A DNA stretch of 64,000 nt from Hypanus sabinus (taxonomy: Eukaryota). The stretch lies in the NCBI RefSeq assembly GCF_030144855.1, contig NC_082708.1, positions 65,410,001 through 65,474,000 of the forward strand. Direction: 5' to 3'. Positions 41,643 to 54,644 of this stretch are shown piece after piece. The notes under the pieces were generated by a model that was not told the DNA's origin, did no database searches, and was given only the letters and a program-made list of their open reading frames with translations. A program made the position numbers and the translations under genes. The stretch's first letter is position 1, and each line of letters opens with the position of its first letter.

Positions 41643-44600
41643 GTAAGTTTATTTTGGAATTTCTTCCGTGCACTATGTACATTTTGGCGTTAAAATATTA
41701 TTTTTCAAACCAAATAGTTTGACTCTGGAAAGCAACATGACATTTTCAGTTGGTGAGAAGTAATGCGGGGAATAAAAGGACCGATTGGTTTAAGTTCAGT
41801 TTCTGTGCCCTGCATTATTGTGGGAACGGCTTGGCTTGTGTGGTCAGGGGATTTTGTTTGCCTTTTATGTCCTTGGTTTGAAGTCATCAATCAAATCCTC
41901 GGTCTTGCTGATGATGAGTGGGCAATGTTGTTGCAACACCACTTGACCGGCCTTCTTGTCGCCGTCTGACAATGACAGGAGTATCGGTGAATTTATAGCT
42001 GGCGTTCGAGCTGTGAACATAAGCGCAGCGAGGGTAGAGCAATGGGCTAAGCACGCATTCTTGGTACATGGGCCCAGGTTTTTGAAGCTTGTCCACTAGT
42101 ACTGGTGAGACGATGGTGTTGGTTAATGTTTACCTGGAGCAAAGTTCTGCTTTTCCAGTGCTGTATGTGCGGAAGTAACTTGTCAATAAGACAGTAACTA
42201 GGTGGGAAAGGTGGGGTGATAGTTGTGGGGTTGACGGTGAGAGTGAGTTTCATAAGAGGTGTTTAGAGACTAATATTTCTTTTCTGAGGCATGCTGCCTA
42301 AGTTTAGTGCAGTATTCAGGATCTGAGCAAAAGAGTGAAGGTAATTTCCTCACTTTCCTATTCCATGCTTAATGTCAAAAGTGGCTTTCTTTTCAAATTA
42401 CTTTTAGCAATAAGTTATGTAAACAACATTGTTCCTTTACTGTTTAAGAAAATGGTTCATCTGGATGCAAAATAGGAAACCTTATATGTTGCCATTTAGA
42501 ACTCCTTAATAGTTGAGGTGAATAGGGAAAGCATTTAAGAGAAAGGAGGATGCAACACAGAAAAGAAAAAGACTATTTATTTATCTATGTATCTATTGAT
42601 GTTATCAAGCTTAACCATCTAGCAATACAGAATGGAGTAGACCCTTCAAGCCAAGCTGCTCTGGCAACCCCTATTAACCCTAACCTAATCCTGGGACAAT
42701 TTACAACGACTAATTAACCTACCTAATATGTCTTTGGACTGTGGGAGGAAGCTGATGCACCCAGGGAAATGTCATGCATTCCACGGAGATTATGTACCAT
42801 CTGCAGATGGTGTCAGAATTGAACTCAGAACTCAGATTCCCTGGACTGTAATGGTGTTGTGCTAGCATAAAAACCTTACATAATGGGGTGATAAAATAAG
42901 ATTTAACGGTTCATTGTGAAAAAAAAAGTGCTCTTGTCTCTGTTATAACTTGGCCATAGTGAAAATATTATAATGTATCTTGGGCTTCTGTTTTTTTGAT
43001 GCTATTTATCCATTAATAGTGTTTCTCCTCAATAATCAGGTGCAGACAGATGCACAGCAAGTTGCAGAGGGGAAATTTGTATTTAATCTTCCTGATTATG
43101 AGAGCGTCAATCATGTCGTGATCTTTATGCTGGGGACAACACCGTTTCCTGTAGGAGCAGGAGGATCTGTCTATTTTTCTTACCCAGACAAGTGTGGGAT
43201 GCCAGTGTGGCAATTACTAGGATTCATAACTAATGAAAAACCCAGTGCAATATTCAAAATATCACGTTTAAAGACACGTAAGTAAAAGTTGGCTTTCAAA
43301 ATAGTCTCTTTTATTATTGAGTATGAGGGAAAAGACAGATTCAAATATTGAAACAAATCTCAGTAACTATGGAAGTATTTTAATTATTTAGATTTTAAAT
43401 TAAACTTTAAATATTAACTGCAAATGCAGCAGTCAATTTACACACAAGGTTCTACTTGCAGTGATGAAATAAATATTTGATCTTTGTTGCTGAACTGTGT
43501 TGGGACTGACATCTTTCATGTCCTCCTGAAATTCGGGCATGCCTTAATGTAATAGTTTATCATAAAACGATCTGCCTTAGCAAAACTGCTACTGACTCTT
43601 TGTACTGCTATGATGGTTCAAGTATCAAGTACTCAGAATGTGGCGTTTCAAGTCAGAGTCGCTAGGTTCTGTGATAACGCAGCCATTGACTTTTGAGTTA
43701 CAATATCACTACTCAAACTAGTGTGCTGAATTGGGCTGCTGCCAGAATCTCCACCATGGTTTGAAGGTGCCACCATTCACCTGACATAATCTCTCTTTCT
43801 GACTTTCATCTTTGAGACTAATTGTGAGGTTGAACAATGACTGTACCATGGGCAGTGAAGTCTGAAGGTCCTTCATCAGAAAGCCCTTGACAGAAAGCAA
43901 ATCTAGAGTAGACTCGTCTTTGACAAAGCTTCCATTGGCTATCTTTTGGTATTCTAAGACAACATAGAATAGTACAGCTTAATATTGGCCCATTGGCTGA
44001 CAATATTGTGGCTACCCTTTAACATCCCCAAGATCAATCTAACTCCTACCACATAATCCTCTATTTTTCCTACAACTATATGCCTATCTTAAAATTTCTG
44101 AAATGTTCCTAATGTATTTGGCTTTACCACCACCCTGGCTGTGCATTCCAAGCACTTGCACTTCATGTGTTTAAAAACAAATTCTTACATTTCCCACACC
44201 CCCCACTTGCCTCCAATCACTTTAAAAGTATGTTCTCTTACGTTAGCCATTGCCATCCTGGGAAAAAGGTCTAAAGAAGAAATCCCTAGCTTGCTCAACC
44301 TTTCCATATAACACGTGTAAAATTTAAAAAAAACTATTAAGATCAAAATAAATAATTGAAAATCATTTCAAAATTTTAACAAAATAGGAACATTGAGTTA
44401 AAGCAAAATCATGCAAAACCCTAAGCTTCCTCTCTGCCTTTTAACCTTCAAGTTCAAATTCCCCAGTGAAATCATTGGGGATTCTAATCCTACACCAGGT
44501 ATATCATGGTATCAGATCTTAATGTAATTCCTCCAGCGTTACTCATCTTTGGTATAAACCTGTAGTCAAACATAGTACTATAATGGATTCTACCTGCAGG

Positions 44601-47600
44601 CTTTGCTGTGTAATTTGTTAAATTTATAGTCTAACTATATTGTGCTTAGAAATAATGTTTAAACACAATAATTATTGAATACAATTGTACTAGTGTGCAA
44701 TTTTTGCATGTGTGGTTTAATAACAATGTGCTAATAACTTCATTGGAAAAGAGTTTGTTGTATGCTAGAGTGTTTTATTTGTGCATATCACCATGCAGAA
44801 GAAGGGAGCCAACATCCTTTTGGGACAATGAATATTGCCCAGACACAGTCAATTGCCCAAATTGGGATCTCTGTAGAGCCCATGGAACTGTTAACACAGC
44901 AGACTCCAGAAGCAAGTGCATCTGTATCGACAGTTGATTCATTTACACAGGTATGTGCAGAAACAAGAGTGTTCAGAGTTTAGAAAAGTACTGTAAGTAA
45001 AAGAGTGGATTTAGAGGAAGAAAATGAGCTGAATATGTATCAGAACATTTCAAATTCGAAAAGTCACTGCAAAATGACTATCTATACTTCTAACTGCTCA
45101 TATTCTAGATGAGAGAGAACCACAGACATATTAATAAAAGCAATAATATTAATAATACAATAACAAATATAATAGTATTAACCTATTAAATGCTAGAAAA
45201 CATGAATTTTTGTGCTGAGCTTAAAAGGCAGATGCAACAGCCATGTGGATTATGCCATGTTTTGTTCATTTTTTTTTAAGTTACTTTGGTAAATTCAGTC
45301 TTGCATTTATATCAGCTGGGGCAGTAAATTGCATAATATTTTACTTCCTGTTTTTAAAACAAAATTTAGTCTCAAAATTGATTTAACTTTTTTGTTTGGC
45401 TGAAGTTTTACTTTTGCGCTGGAGCAAACAATAGCTATTATACCAATGACATTTTTTTTGGCGTTTCTTCAGTATAAAAGTACTTTGAATTCCAAAAAAT
45501 GCTTTTGATAATTTGAGAGATGAGGAAGATAATTGTTTATAGTTGTATTGATTTAATCTGTAATAGATTTGTGATTACAGTTATAACTTGTATCACTGTA
45601 GATTTCTTCTTGGGTACAATAGACTTTCCCTTAAGCATTTTGGTTGACTCTGATTTAATCGTTAGACTTCTGTCCTGGCCCTCCAGAAGTCAAACAAACA
45701 GGGTAATTGTGTAAAATGACCTTAAAATTGTGAATATGTGTGTATGGCTCATGAATCTTTATTTTTGTTAAAAGAGCCAGTAATGTTCTTGTCTCCCTCC
45801 TAGTCCAAAATCTAGAATAGAGTAATTTTGGGGAACTTAGTTCCATTTTGGGTTAACGGATTTTTTTTAAAAAAGATTGTCTTGATGTAATTTATGTGTA
45901 AGTTAATTGGTGAAAGAATCGTAAACTGTTAGCACATATTTTGTACTAATTTGTATCATTCATGCTTCTGAGTATTTTGTAGCTCGAATTCAGTAGTGTC
46001 TGTTCCCTCCCTAAAATTATAAATTGAAAAAGAACCAAGTTTGAAAATGTCTCTTGAATACTGCTGGTAGTATTTTAATTGTAATAATTTTTGAATTTTG
46101 TGTTGAATACTGAATTTCAGAGTCTAACTGTCCTTTAATTTATGTTTTCAGTTTACGCAGAAGATGCTAGACAATTTCTATAATTTTTCATCCTCTTTTG
46201 CACTGACCCAAGATCGGATGATTCCAAACCCTACTGAGATGTTTATCCCTGCGAGTGTTGTCATGAAATGGTAAATATACATGTCTGTGGTTAACTACTT
46301 CCAATGACAATTATTGGATGTAGTGCTGGGTTGAGAAATGGCAGATGGTGTTCAGTTTGCAAAAGTAAAGTGTGAAGTGATTCTCTTTCAATTTCTCTAT
46401 CAGCTCCTTCCACTTTTTCCAAACTCAAGGTGTAGCCATGGGCACAAGCACAGGCCCCAGCTATGCCTGCCTTTTTCTTGGCTACATGGAACTGTCTATT
46501 TACCAACACTGGTAACGCTCTTCATCTCTTTCTGTGCTCCGTTGATTGCATTGGTGCTGCTTCCTGCACCCATGTTGAGCTCATCAAGTTTATCAACTGT
46601 ACCTCCAACTTCTGTGCTGCGCTCAAAATTTAATTGGTCATCTCTGACACTTCTCTCCCCTTTTTCAATTTATATCCATATCTGGATACAGATTGTCTAC
46701 TGATGTCTTTTATAAATCTAACTCTCCCAGCTCTCTTGACTGTACCTCTTCTCACTCTATCACATAAAAATGCTATTCCTTTTTCTCAGTTCTTCTGTCT
46801 TTTCTGCATCTATTCATCTATTCTCAGAATGAGGCTTTCCATTCCAGAACATGTGAGATGTCCACCTTCTTTAAAGACCAGTTTTTCCCTTCCTCTGCCA
46901 TTGATGCTGTTGTAACCCCCTGCCTCAGGCTCGCTCAGCTCATTTCGTCTAGGGGGAGCAGCCTTCGGCCCTGCCAAACTGGGTAATCAGCTGGTGTGGA
47001 TGCTGTGTGATGTCCCCGCCTCACCCAAAAACAGACAGTACACCATATGCGATTAAATGAGTACAATTTATAAAGGTTACTATAACTAAGTGATTAATAA
47101 CGATACAGTATATATGAAGAGAAAATTAAAGAAAAGGCGCCAAACTTATCAAAGTCCAAACCACTTCGTGCACAGCCGTTGGAGCTCAATTTCTGAAGTC
47201 TTCTGGCCACCATTCGATCCCCTCCGAACTCCTCGACTCGCAGCTCAGGACCCTCCGAACTCCTCGACTCTCCAAACAGCTCAGGACCCTCTGAGTGGTC
47301 AACCAAGCACATCTAGCTTCATCCCCCCCCCCTCGGAGAATCTCCCGGCCTCGGACCCCCCTTTGGGGTCCGATCCTCGCCCAGCTTAGAGCATTGCGTC
47401 CTCTCTCTCGACCCCTCGCGCCGATCTGCCCAAAAGCCCGTCAACAAAAGCTTACAGACTCAGAAGAAAGAACATTAATCCCCATTTGGTTTACAAAGGA
47501 ATACCATTCTCGGGATCAGTAAATTAGCATTCCTGCTAGTTAACAAAAAGAAACCCTTTCCCAACAGTAACAAAGAAAAAAGAAGAAACCCCCTTTACAC

Positions 47601-50600
47601 TGTTAACCCCTCCCAACTGATAACCCACACCTCCATTTCCCAGACATTCACTGTACCACCATAAAAAGGGTAGGAATTGTCCTTGGAGCCCTTACCTAAG
47701 AATGGATGTGATGGCATTTGAGAGTGTACAGAAGAGGTTCAGGAGAATAATCCTGGAAATTAAAGGGTTAATTTTTAAGGAGCATTTGATGGCTGTGGAC
47801 CCGTATTCAATGGGGTTTAGAAGAATGAAGGGAAACCTCATTCAAACCTATAGAATATTGAAAGGCCTATAAAGAGTGAATGTGGAGAGGATGTTTGCAA
47901 TACTGGGAACATCTAGGACAGGGGTACAGCTTCAGACTACAAGGACACCCCTTTAGAACAGAGAATGGGAGGAATTTCTTTAGTCAGTGAATCTGTATAG
48001 TTCATTGCCACAGATGGATGTGGAAGCCTAGTCATTGGGTATATTTTAAGTAGATATTGAGAAATTCTTAGTTAAGTTCTTGGTATCAAAGGTTACAGGG
48101 AGAAGACAGGAAAATGAGGTTAAGAGGGAAAAGAATTGAGCTGTAATTGAATAACTGCAGACTCAAAGGGCCAAATGGCCTAATTTTGGTCCTATGTATT
48201 ATGGTCTTATTAGTCAGGAGATTAAATTCAAGCCATGAGGTAATGTTGCAACTGTAAAACCCTGGTTAGACCACACATGGAATAATGTGTTCAGTTCTGT
48301 TCACCTCATGAAGGATGCGGAAGCTTTAGAGAGGGTGCAGAGGAGATGTAACAAGATACTGCCTTGTGCATGTCTTATGAGAATGAGTTGATTGAGCTCA
48401 AGCATTTCTCTTTGGAATGAAGGACTTGATCTAGCTGTACAAGATGATAGGAGGCAGAAATTTTTTTTTCCCAAGGTGGGAAAGGCTAATATGAGTGGGC
48501 GTAATTTTAATGTAATTGTAGGAAAGTGTAGGGGGAATGTCACAGTTAAGTTTTTTTTCCACAGAATGGTGGGTGCATGAAACGTGTTACCAAGGGTGGT
48601 GATAGAGGCATATATGTTAGGGACATTTAAGAGGCTCTTAGATGGTCACATGCATGATCAAAATATGGGAAGGAAGGATTAGATTGATCTTAGAATAGGT
48701 TAAAGCAGTGGTGCCCAACCTTTTTACATTCCATGTGTCAATTTTTTCACGCACGAGTTCAGATGCACCATACAACTCTTGTACCCCCATTCAAATCTTG
48801 TAAAAATATGTTAATATAGACATATTTAGCATTTTTATATGATATATTGATTTAATATAAAACAAGATAAACATTACCTTAATGAGGCTTTTAACAAATA
48901 TAATTTTGTCTTCTTTTGATTTTTTTCCTTTTTCTTAATCACATATTCTTTCCGTAACTCAGACCCAAGCACTAGCTTCAGTTTTCCTTCTATTTCAGTC
49001 TGATGTTGTGTTTTATAGTGCCTATTAAGATCATGTCTCCTATTATGTGAGAAAGTGTTTTCACAAATAATGCACAATGGTTTTCCTGACAGACCCGCTA
49101 TAAATAAGAACTCACTTTCCCACTGTTCATTACTGTCACGCTTACTATCACTTTCTGCTTTTCTTTTGCTCACTTTCTTCTGCTGTGATGGGTAACGGAA
49201 TGTAAAAACAAGGCTTAATTTTTGAAAAAGTACAAAACTGCAGATGTTCACAAAGGATGAACAAAGCGCAACTCCGTAGCACATGAGTGTCGATTGTAAA
49301 CTGACTGGCAAAACACTGTGATGTACTGCTGGTGCAGACGCCTGGTGCCTCAGGATCAAACAAGTATCAAACGTGTATTGAACAGATACGGAATGACTGC
49401 AGAACAAAAGCCCTTCTTTCCTAGTTTGACTCATTGAACATTTTTTTTAAAATTGAAAGCAGATTAATGTGAACGAAGATAACATTCACCAAAAAATGTA
49501 CTTGAAATAATAGAATCGCTAAAAATAATTGCTAAGTTTTAGATTTATTCTCAGTAAAACCCATTTCTAGCTCTTAGCTACTTGAATTCCTGTTACAGAT
49601 TTTTTTTCTACAAATCAGTTTTTGGTTAATACTTTTGCATGAGTAGGCTTACTTTTTTTATTATTATCACTGGGTGCAATGCGCCACTTCTAATCATCCA
49701 GTGTGTCGCTTTTGGTGCATGCGCCATAGGTTGGCCATCCATGGGTTAAAGGTTGGCACAACATTGTGTGCTGAAAGACCTTATACTGTGCTGTAATGTT
49801 CTATGTTGAATTGTTATATTCTTCTTCTATGGCATTTTGATCAAATTGCTAGTTTTGAAAAAAAATTTCCATCCCTTGATCCAGTCAGTGTACATCAAAA
49901 GAATCAAATATTTCATTTTAAAACATTTTAAAGTTCTGTACCATGATAAGATATAAAAGCAAGAGTAGGCATACGTGCACCCCTCAAAATCTATCTCTAT
50001 TCAATAAGCTTATCTTTCTCAAGTTTTACATTATTTATCATGGCACTTCATTCCCTTGGTGGTCAGGAATTTATTGACCTCAGCCATGAATACACTCATT
50101 CCAAGTAGTCACAGCTGCCTGAGTAGAGATTTTCACAGTTTCACAGCCTCCAGAATTGTTTCAATTCTAAATGATCACTGCTCACCTCAAGACAACAGAC
50201 AAAATATTAAGAAGCATACAATAATAATTTGACTTGTGAACTGATCTTTTTAACTTTAAATCTCTTCTGATTTTGATTGTAAGACTGTTGTGGAATAAGT
50301 GTCCAGTAACAGTAACTAATTGAAGATATGTATCAAGCTTAACTAGGTTCAACAAATCTTTTTGTTACTTCAGTTAGTGGCAGCTTTATTATCCACACTG
50401 TATTTGAGGATTCTCCCTTTGGGGCTTTGAGCTAGAGATTTCTGCAGCCTTGTGGAGCTCACTGATGATGATGGCTGGTTCCTTGCTTGTGAAGATCAGG
50501 AGGGAAGAAGAGTCCTCAGAAGCAACGGCACGATCATGGTGACTGTAAAGGCCACTCCTGGATCTGCAGACTCTGGAGCACTAGGGACACTGAACAGATG

Positions 50601-51908
50601 GGGTGCTGGCGCTTGGGTAGGAGGATCCTTCCTGCGTCTCCTCTTCTCTTCAGCAGTCGTTCTTCTGGATTGTTCAAAATTCTTGGCTGCCCCAGAGCAG
50701 CGGTTTCTGTCGCTAGCCAGCTGCTGCCACTCATTGACCTCAATGTTTGCCTGAGAGCGCTGCTGCTGAAGTTGGTCTTTGTACCTCTTGCATGGGGTAC
50801 CATGATCTCTCTTGCCCTGAAAGAGTTCTCCGTAGAGTATTGCTTGCGTTATGCTGGAGTTGTCCATGTCAGATGTGGCATGACCAGCAAAGTGGCTTCA
50901 ATACTTGGAAGTTGAGCCTTCTCCAGTGAAAGCTCGGTAATGCCTTGATATTGTAGCTGGTTCAATACTGTAAATGTCTGATATTCCTGTTTATGATCTG
51001 TATTTTAACCTCCATGTGCCATTCACATATCTTTCTGTCCTCTAGAACATAGGGAACATCAGACTGCTTGGTGATTCTGCTCATGGCCCTGGGTTAATCT
51101 TCCACTCACAATCTTAACATTAATGGATTTGATCAGCAGTTATTTCCAATAACTTAAGGATCTTTTTAGAAACCTAAGTGATAGTGGAATGTGTCCATGA
51201 GGTTGTTCCTAAATGGAGATAAATTGGAAGATTGTATTAATTGATTGGTGTGTGATAATTATTGTATTACTTTCATATTGACTTTGGCAGGTTGACATAT
51301 ATTTAAGATGTCTTGCTGAATACCATATCTTTGTTGGTACTAGCTACTTTACTAAGTAGATGGTTTGATTGCTATTTTACAAGAAATTTATTTCTTGTGG
51401 GGGTGGGTTGGGGGGAGGAAGAAAATTACACATTATCCATCTCAATAACACTTTATCTGTTCTATAAAAACAAATGTGGATTGTAATGAGCACTTACTTG
51501 GACCTGTTAAGGTATTGCAAGTAGACAGCTGATTTGAAGTCTGATTTCTGTATTGACAGTGAAATACTTATTACTTTTTGTCAACCAGCGATTAATTGAT
51601 TTTAATTGTGTGCTTTGTACAGAAAAACAAGAATTCCTGGCAAATACTTCTCTTACTCTGTTATTCCAAAAACATATCAGATAATATTTGCAGTATTTGA
51701 AAGATACTACAGGAAGAGCGAATTATAAAAGCCAAAAACGACTGACTTAATCTCAGCAGTTACGCCAGGAAAACCGATGTAATCTTTGATCCTTATTTTG
51801 CTTAGTTAATTATGTTATTAATCCCTGTGTTTTCTTTTTTTTCCATTTATCAGGTATGAGAATTTTCAAAGAAGATTGTCCCAAAACCCAAATTTTTGGA
51901 AATCATAA
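41613..51908 (+). CDS. HIKESHI: Protein Hikeshi (Hsp70 nuclear import carrier, C11orf73), 5 coding exons, 197 aa; join(41613..41642,43040..43277,44799..44950,46152..46270,51854..51908)
   Basis: [20 protein letters not shown]...[10 protein letters not shown]...KPSAIFKIS/...AQIGISVE...[16 protein letters not shown]...[19 protein letters not shown]. Total 594 nt in frame, all introns GT-AG. Confidence 0.98.
41880..42125 (-). mobile_element. Rex1/Babar RT fragment in HIKESHI intron 1
   Basis: CVLSPLLY...YKFTD motifs. Confidence 0.65.
42625..42870 (-). mobile_element. V-SINE copy
   Basis: tctttggactgtgggaggaag...cacccaggg, V-domain in reverse. Confidence 0.65.
43040..43277 (+). CDS. HIKESHI: HIKESHI exon 2
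   Basis: 238 nt, cag acceptor, GTAAGT donor. Confidence 0.97.
43960..44310 (-). mobile_element. CR1 3' fragment
   Basis: acatagaatagtacagc...; reverse CR1 tail. Confidence 0.65.
44799..44950 (+). CDS. HIKESHI: HIKESHI exon 3
   Basis: 152 nt; [26 protein letters not shown]...; GTATGT donor. Confidence 0.95.
46152..46270 (+). CDS. HIKESHI: HIKESHI exon 4
   Basis: 119 nt; [12 protein letters not shown]... Confidence 0.97.
46400..47680 (+). mobile_element. Penelope-like element RT fragment, interrupted by a solo LTR
   Basis: [25 protein letters not shown] fits the Penelope RT motif Q..G.AMG...P..A..F; SDTSLPF follows. Confidence 0.8.
46911..47599. mobile_element. Solo LTR, 689 bp, 4-bp TSD CTGT (Gypsy-like)
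   Basis: TGTAA..TTACA ends; CTGT at 46907-46910 and 47600-47603; CpG-rich; internal short tandem duplication near 47220-47290. Confidence 0.9.
47685..49806 (+). mobile_element. Two consecutive CR1 3' fragments, the second split by a hAT element
   Basis: ttagagagggtgcagaggagat (ERVQRR) motifs; CR1 tails near 48200 and 49800. Confidence 0.75.
48706..49743 (-). mobile_element. Non-autonomous hAT-Charlie/SPIN-like element with BED-finger remnant
   Basis: Perfect 8-bp TSD GGTTAAAG; TIR CAGTGGTGCCCAACCT and revcomp CATGGATGGCCAACCT; WESEFLF...KPLCIIC...[10 protein letters not shown]. Confidence 0.9.
50464..50925 (-). mobile_element. RTE LINE 3' fragment
   Basis: [24 protein letters not shown]; (CAT)n tail on the minus strand. 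Confidence 0.8.
51854..51908 (+). CDS. HIKESHI: HIKESHI exon 5 coding part ([17 protein letters not shown])
   Basis: Long pyrimidine tract plus cag; TAA stop. Confidence 0.97.
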
Positions 51909-53654
51909 ACTGTATGCTGCAGAGATGAATTGTAACTATCAATGTTGTTCATCTGTTTAAACCATTTTTTAACAAATCTTCCCCAAAATGTCACTCTGAA
52001 TACAAATTTGCATAGTAATCAAGTTGGTTTGTAATTTATTTTGGAATACCTGTCATGTATATATTATAATTAGTAAGAAACTTCTAAAATTGTGTTTGAA
52101 CTACAACTTCTATTTAATGAATTTACTCTGAATTGGAATTCAGCAGCTGAAAATGCTTAGAAGCTCAATCACAATAGTGGCATGAATGGGTTGTTAGTCA
52201 TCTGGAATGAAATTCAGAAATATAACTCTCAAAGCAACTATGATTTTTTAAAATATTGTAGTATCTAAAATGCTTTCTGATTTTTTGCTAAAGTCAATGG
52301 TGTGTATAACTTATGAAGACTTGGCTGTGTTTCAATGAACACTGCTTTTTTAGTTTAAATTTTATGCTCTATACTGATAACCTCCATTCTAGCATTCTAG
52401 TCAGTTATTTACATGAAATACCACTTTTTTCCTCTATTTTCAACTTATAGTTACCAAGGTAAAGAAAAACTGAAAAATTGGATTGCAAGATATTCCAGTG
52501 CTTAAAGTGCATTGAGGGACATTCATATGTTTCCATGAATCAAGGCCAAACATCTCAAATTTCAACATCAATCAAACCTCAAAATTCTGAAGCAGAAAGT
52601 TCCATTATGATAAACTTTTGTGAAATTTTGGTTGTAACTTGCTGGGTGGTATTTTGTGACAGTTGGAAGTCATGAGTTGAATATGGTTCAGTATGCTTTT
52701 GTAGAATAGTGTCAGTTGTATATGGAGTAATATGCTTTTCCTTACATTGATAGGAGTAGATGGAGTAACGCAAGTAGAAGATGATCTGTCTGTCTCTGTA
52801 CTTGCATACCCAGGTCCTCTTCAAAACAAAGTGTATTGCAAGAAATGCTGAAGAACATTGTGAAGAGACTTGTGGATGGGAAAGGGGCAGGTTGTTGGAG
52901 AAAAGGCAGAAATTTGATGGTAAAGCTAACCACAGAATCAGTTATGTAGAATTCATGAAAGATTTGTGGCAATGGAAACTCATCAATGTAATGAACACCG
53001 TAATGCAGCCCATTGAGAAATGAACAACATATATAGTCTTTAAAATTGATGGATGGTACTTAATGTAGTGTTGACTGACTGGTACTTAATATAGTATTTA
53101 CCCTAAGATAACTAAATTTTTGCCTCGAAGAGACTGTAATCATCTGTATAAGTTGAAAAGCTACCAATACAGCTGTTAGTGGGGCAACAAGAAAGCTTCT
53201 TTTGCAAATTCTTCAAGTACAAATCGACAACTGGATGGAGGATCTGAGTTGCATGAATAGAAAATTATTCCAAATATAACTGGGATACAAGAACTATTTG
53301 CTACTCTAATCAGTTGAAATGGAGGCTTTTTGTGCAAAAGAATCTTCATTTCAGCAGGTCATTTCTGAAACTGGAAGAGAATGACAAATGGTGATCCTTC
53401 TCAAGATCTTCATAATTTTAATCAAAAATAGTAAGTGATGCTGGAAAATAGTTTATAACTAAGCATTTATTTGGATGCACCATTAATTATTCAATTTGGT
53501 TAAAGCATTGCTTTTAATATTATGTTTTTTTATTGAGTTCATCGTCTACTAATGGGTTGTATGGGGGAGAAAAGATATTTTTTACCACTAGGTGTATTTT
53601 TCAGCTAATTAGAGTGTAAATATTTGCCTCCACTTTGAAATCTGGCACACACTA

Positions 53655-53998
53655 CAAGATGATGAGAGCCAGTGATCGTGTGAATAGTCAGAGGCTTTTT
53701 CCCAGGGCTGAATGGTTGCCACAAGAGGACACAGGTTTAAGGTGCTGGGGAGTAGGTACAGAGGAGATGTCAGCGGTAAGTATTTTAGTCAGAGAGTGGT
53801 GAGTGCATGGAATTGGCTGTGGGTAACAGTAGTGGAAGCAGATACGATAGGGTCTTTTAAGAGGCTTTTAATTAGGTACATGGAGCTTAGTAAAATAGAG
53901 GGCTGTAGGTAAGCCTAGTAATTTCTAAGGTGGGGACGTGTTTGACATAACTTTGTGGGCCAAAGAGCCTGTATTGTGCTGTAGGTTTTCTATGTTTC
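53655..53998 (+). mobile_element. CR1 3' end
   Basis: TRGHRFKV...FSQRVVSAWN; tail tttctatgtttc. Confidence 0.85.
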
Positions 53999-54410
53999 AC
54001 TTCAGCAAACAGTTGTTGATACCAACTAGTTTGTTGAAGTGTGTGCCAGATTTCTACCGCCCATAATATCTCGCATTGTTCCTCAATCAAAAGTTCATCT
54101 GAAAAGGACTAGCTTTATTATTTAGATGATAACCCCTCATTTTAGACAGCTCAAGCAGCCAGAATAATAATTTTCTCCATTGATCAGTTCCCTTAATATT
54201 TTGGAAGATAATTTCAAAAACAACTCATCCTTAAAATTTAGGAGCTACCTCTTGTGTATATAAAAAATCTCAAACTTTATCTCTTAGTTTCCTTGTGTCA
54301 TCAGGGTTAATCTATGAAAAGAGAAGTGAAAAAAATCAATTGCTTTAATTTTCTATTAACTTGCAATTATATAAACATAATCCTCCTTTCACAACTTTAT
54401 TTTCATGTGA

Positions 54411-54644
54411 CACATGAAATGCTGGAGGAATTCAGCAGGCCAGGCAGCATCTATGGAAAAAGGTACAGTTGAAGGGTTGTCGACTGTACTTTTTTTCTAA
54501 AGGCGCTGCAAGTCCTGATGAAGGGTTTCAGCCCAAAATATGGACTGTGCTTTTTTCCCCATAAATGCTGTCTGGCCTGCTGAATTCCTCTAGCATTTTG
54601 TGTGTGTGTTGCTTGAATTTTGAGCATCTGCAGATTTTCTCTTG
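54411..54644. mobile_element. Fold-back Penelope-derived insertion with 15-bp TSD and hammerhead motif
   Basis: TSD tttattttcatgtga at 54396-54410 and 54645-54659; agtcCTGATGAagggtttcagccc at 54511. Confidence 0.85.

Noticed and set aside
52781-53023. Exon-like purine-rich stretch after a pyrimidine tract and cag
   Set aside because: No recognisable homology in any frame and no convincing donor.
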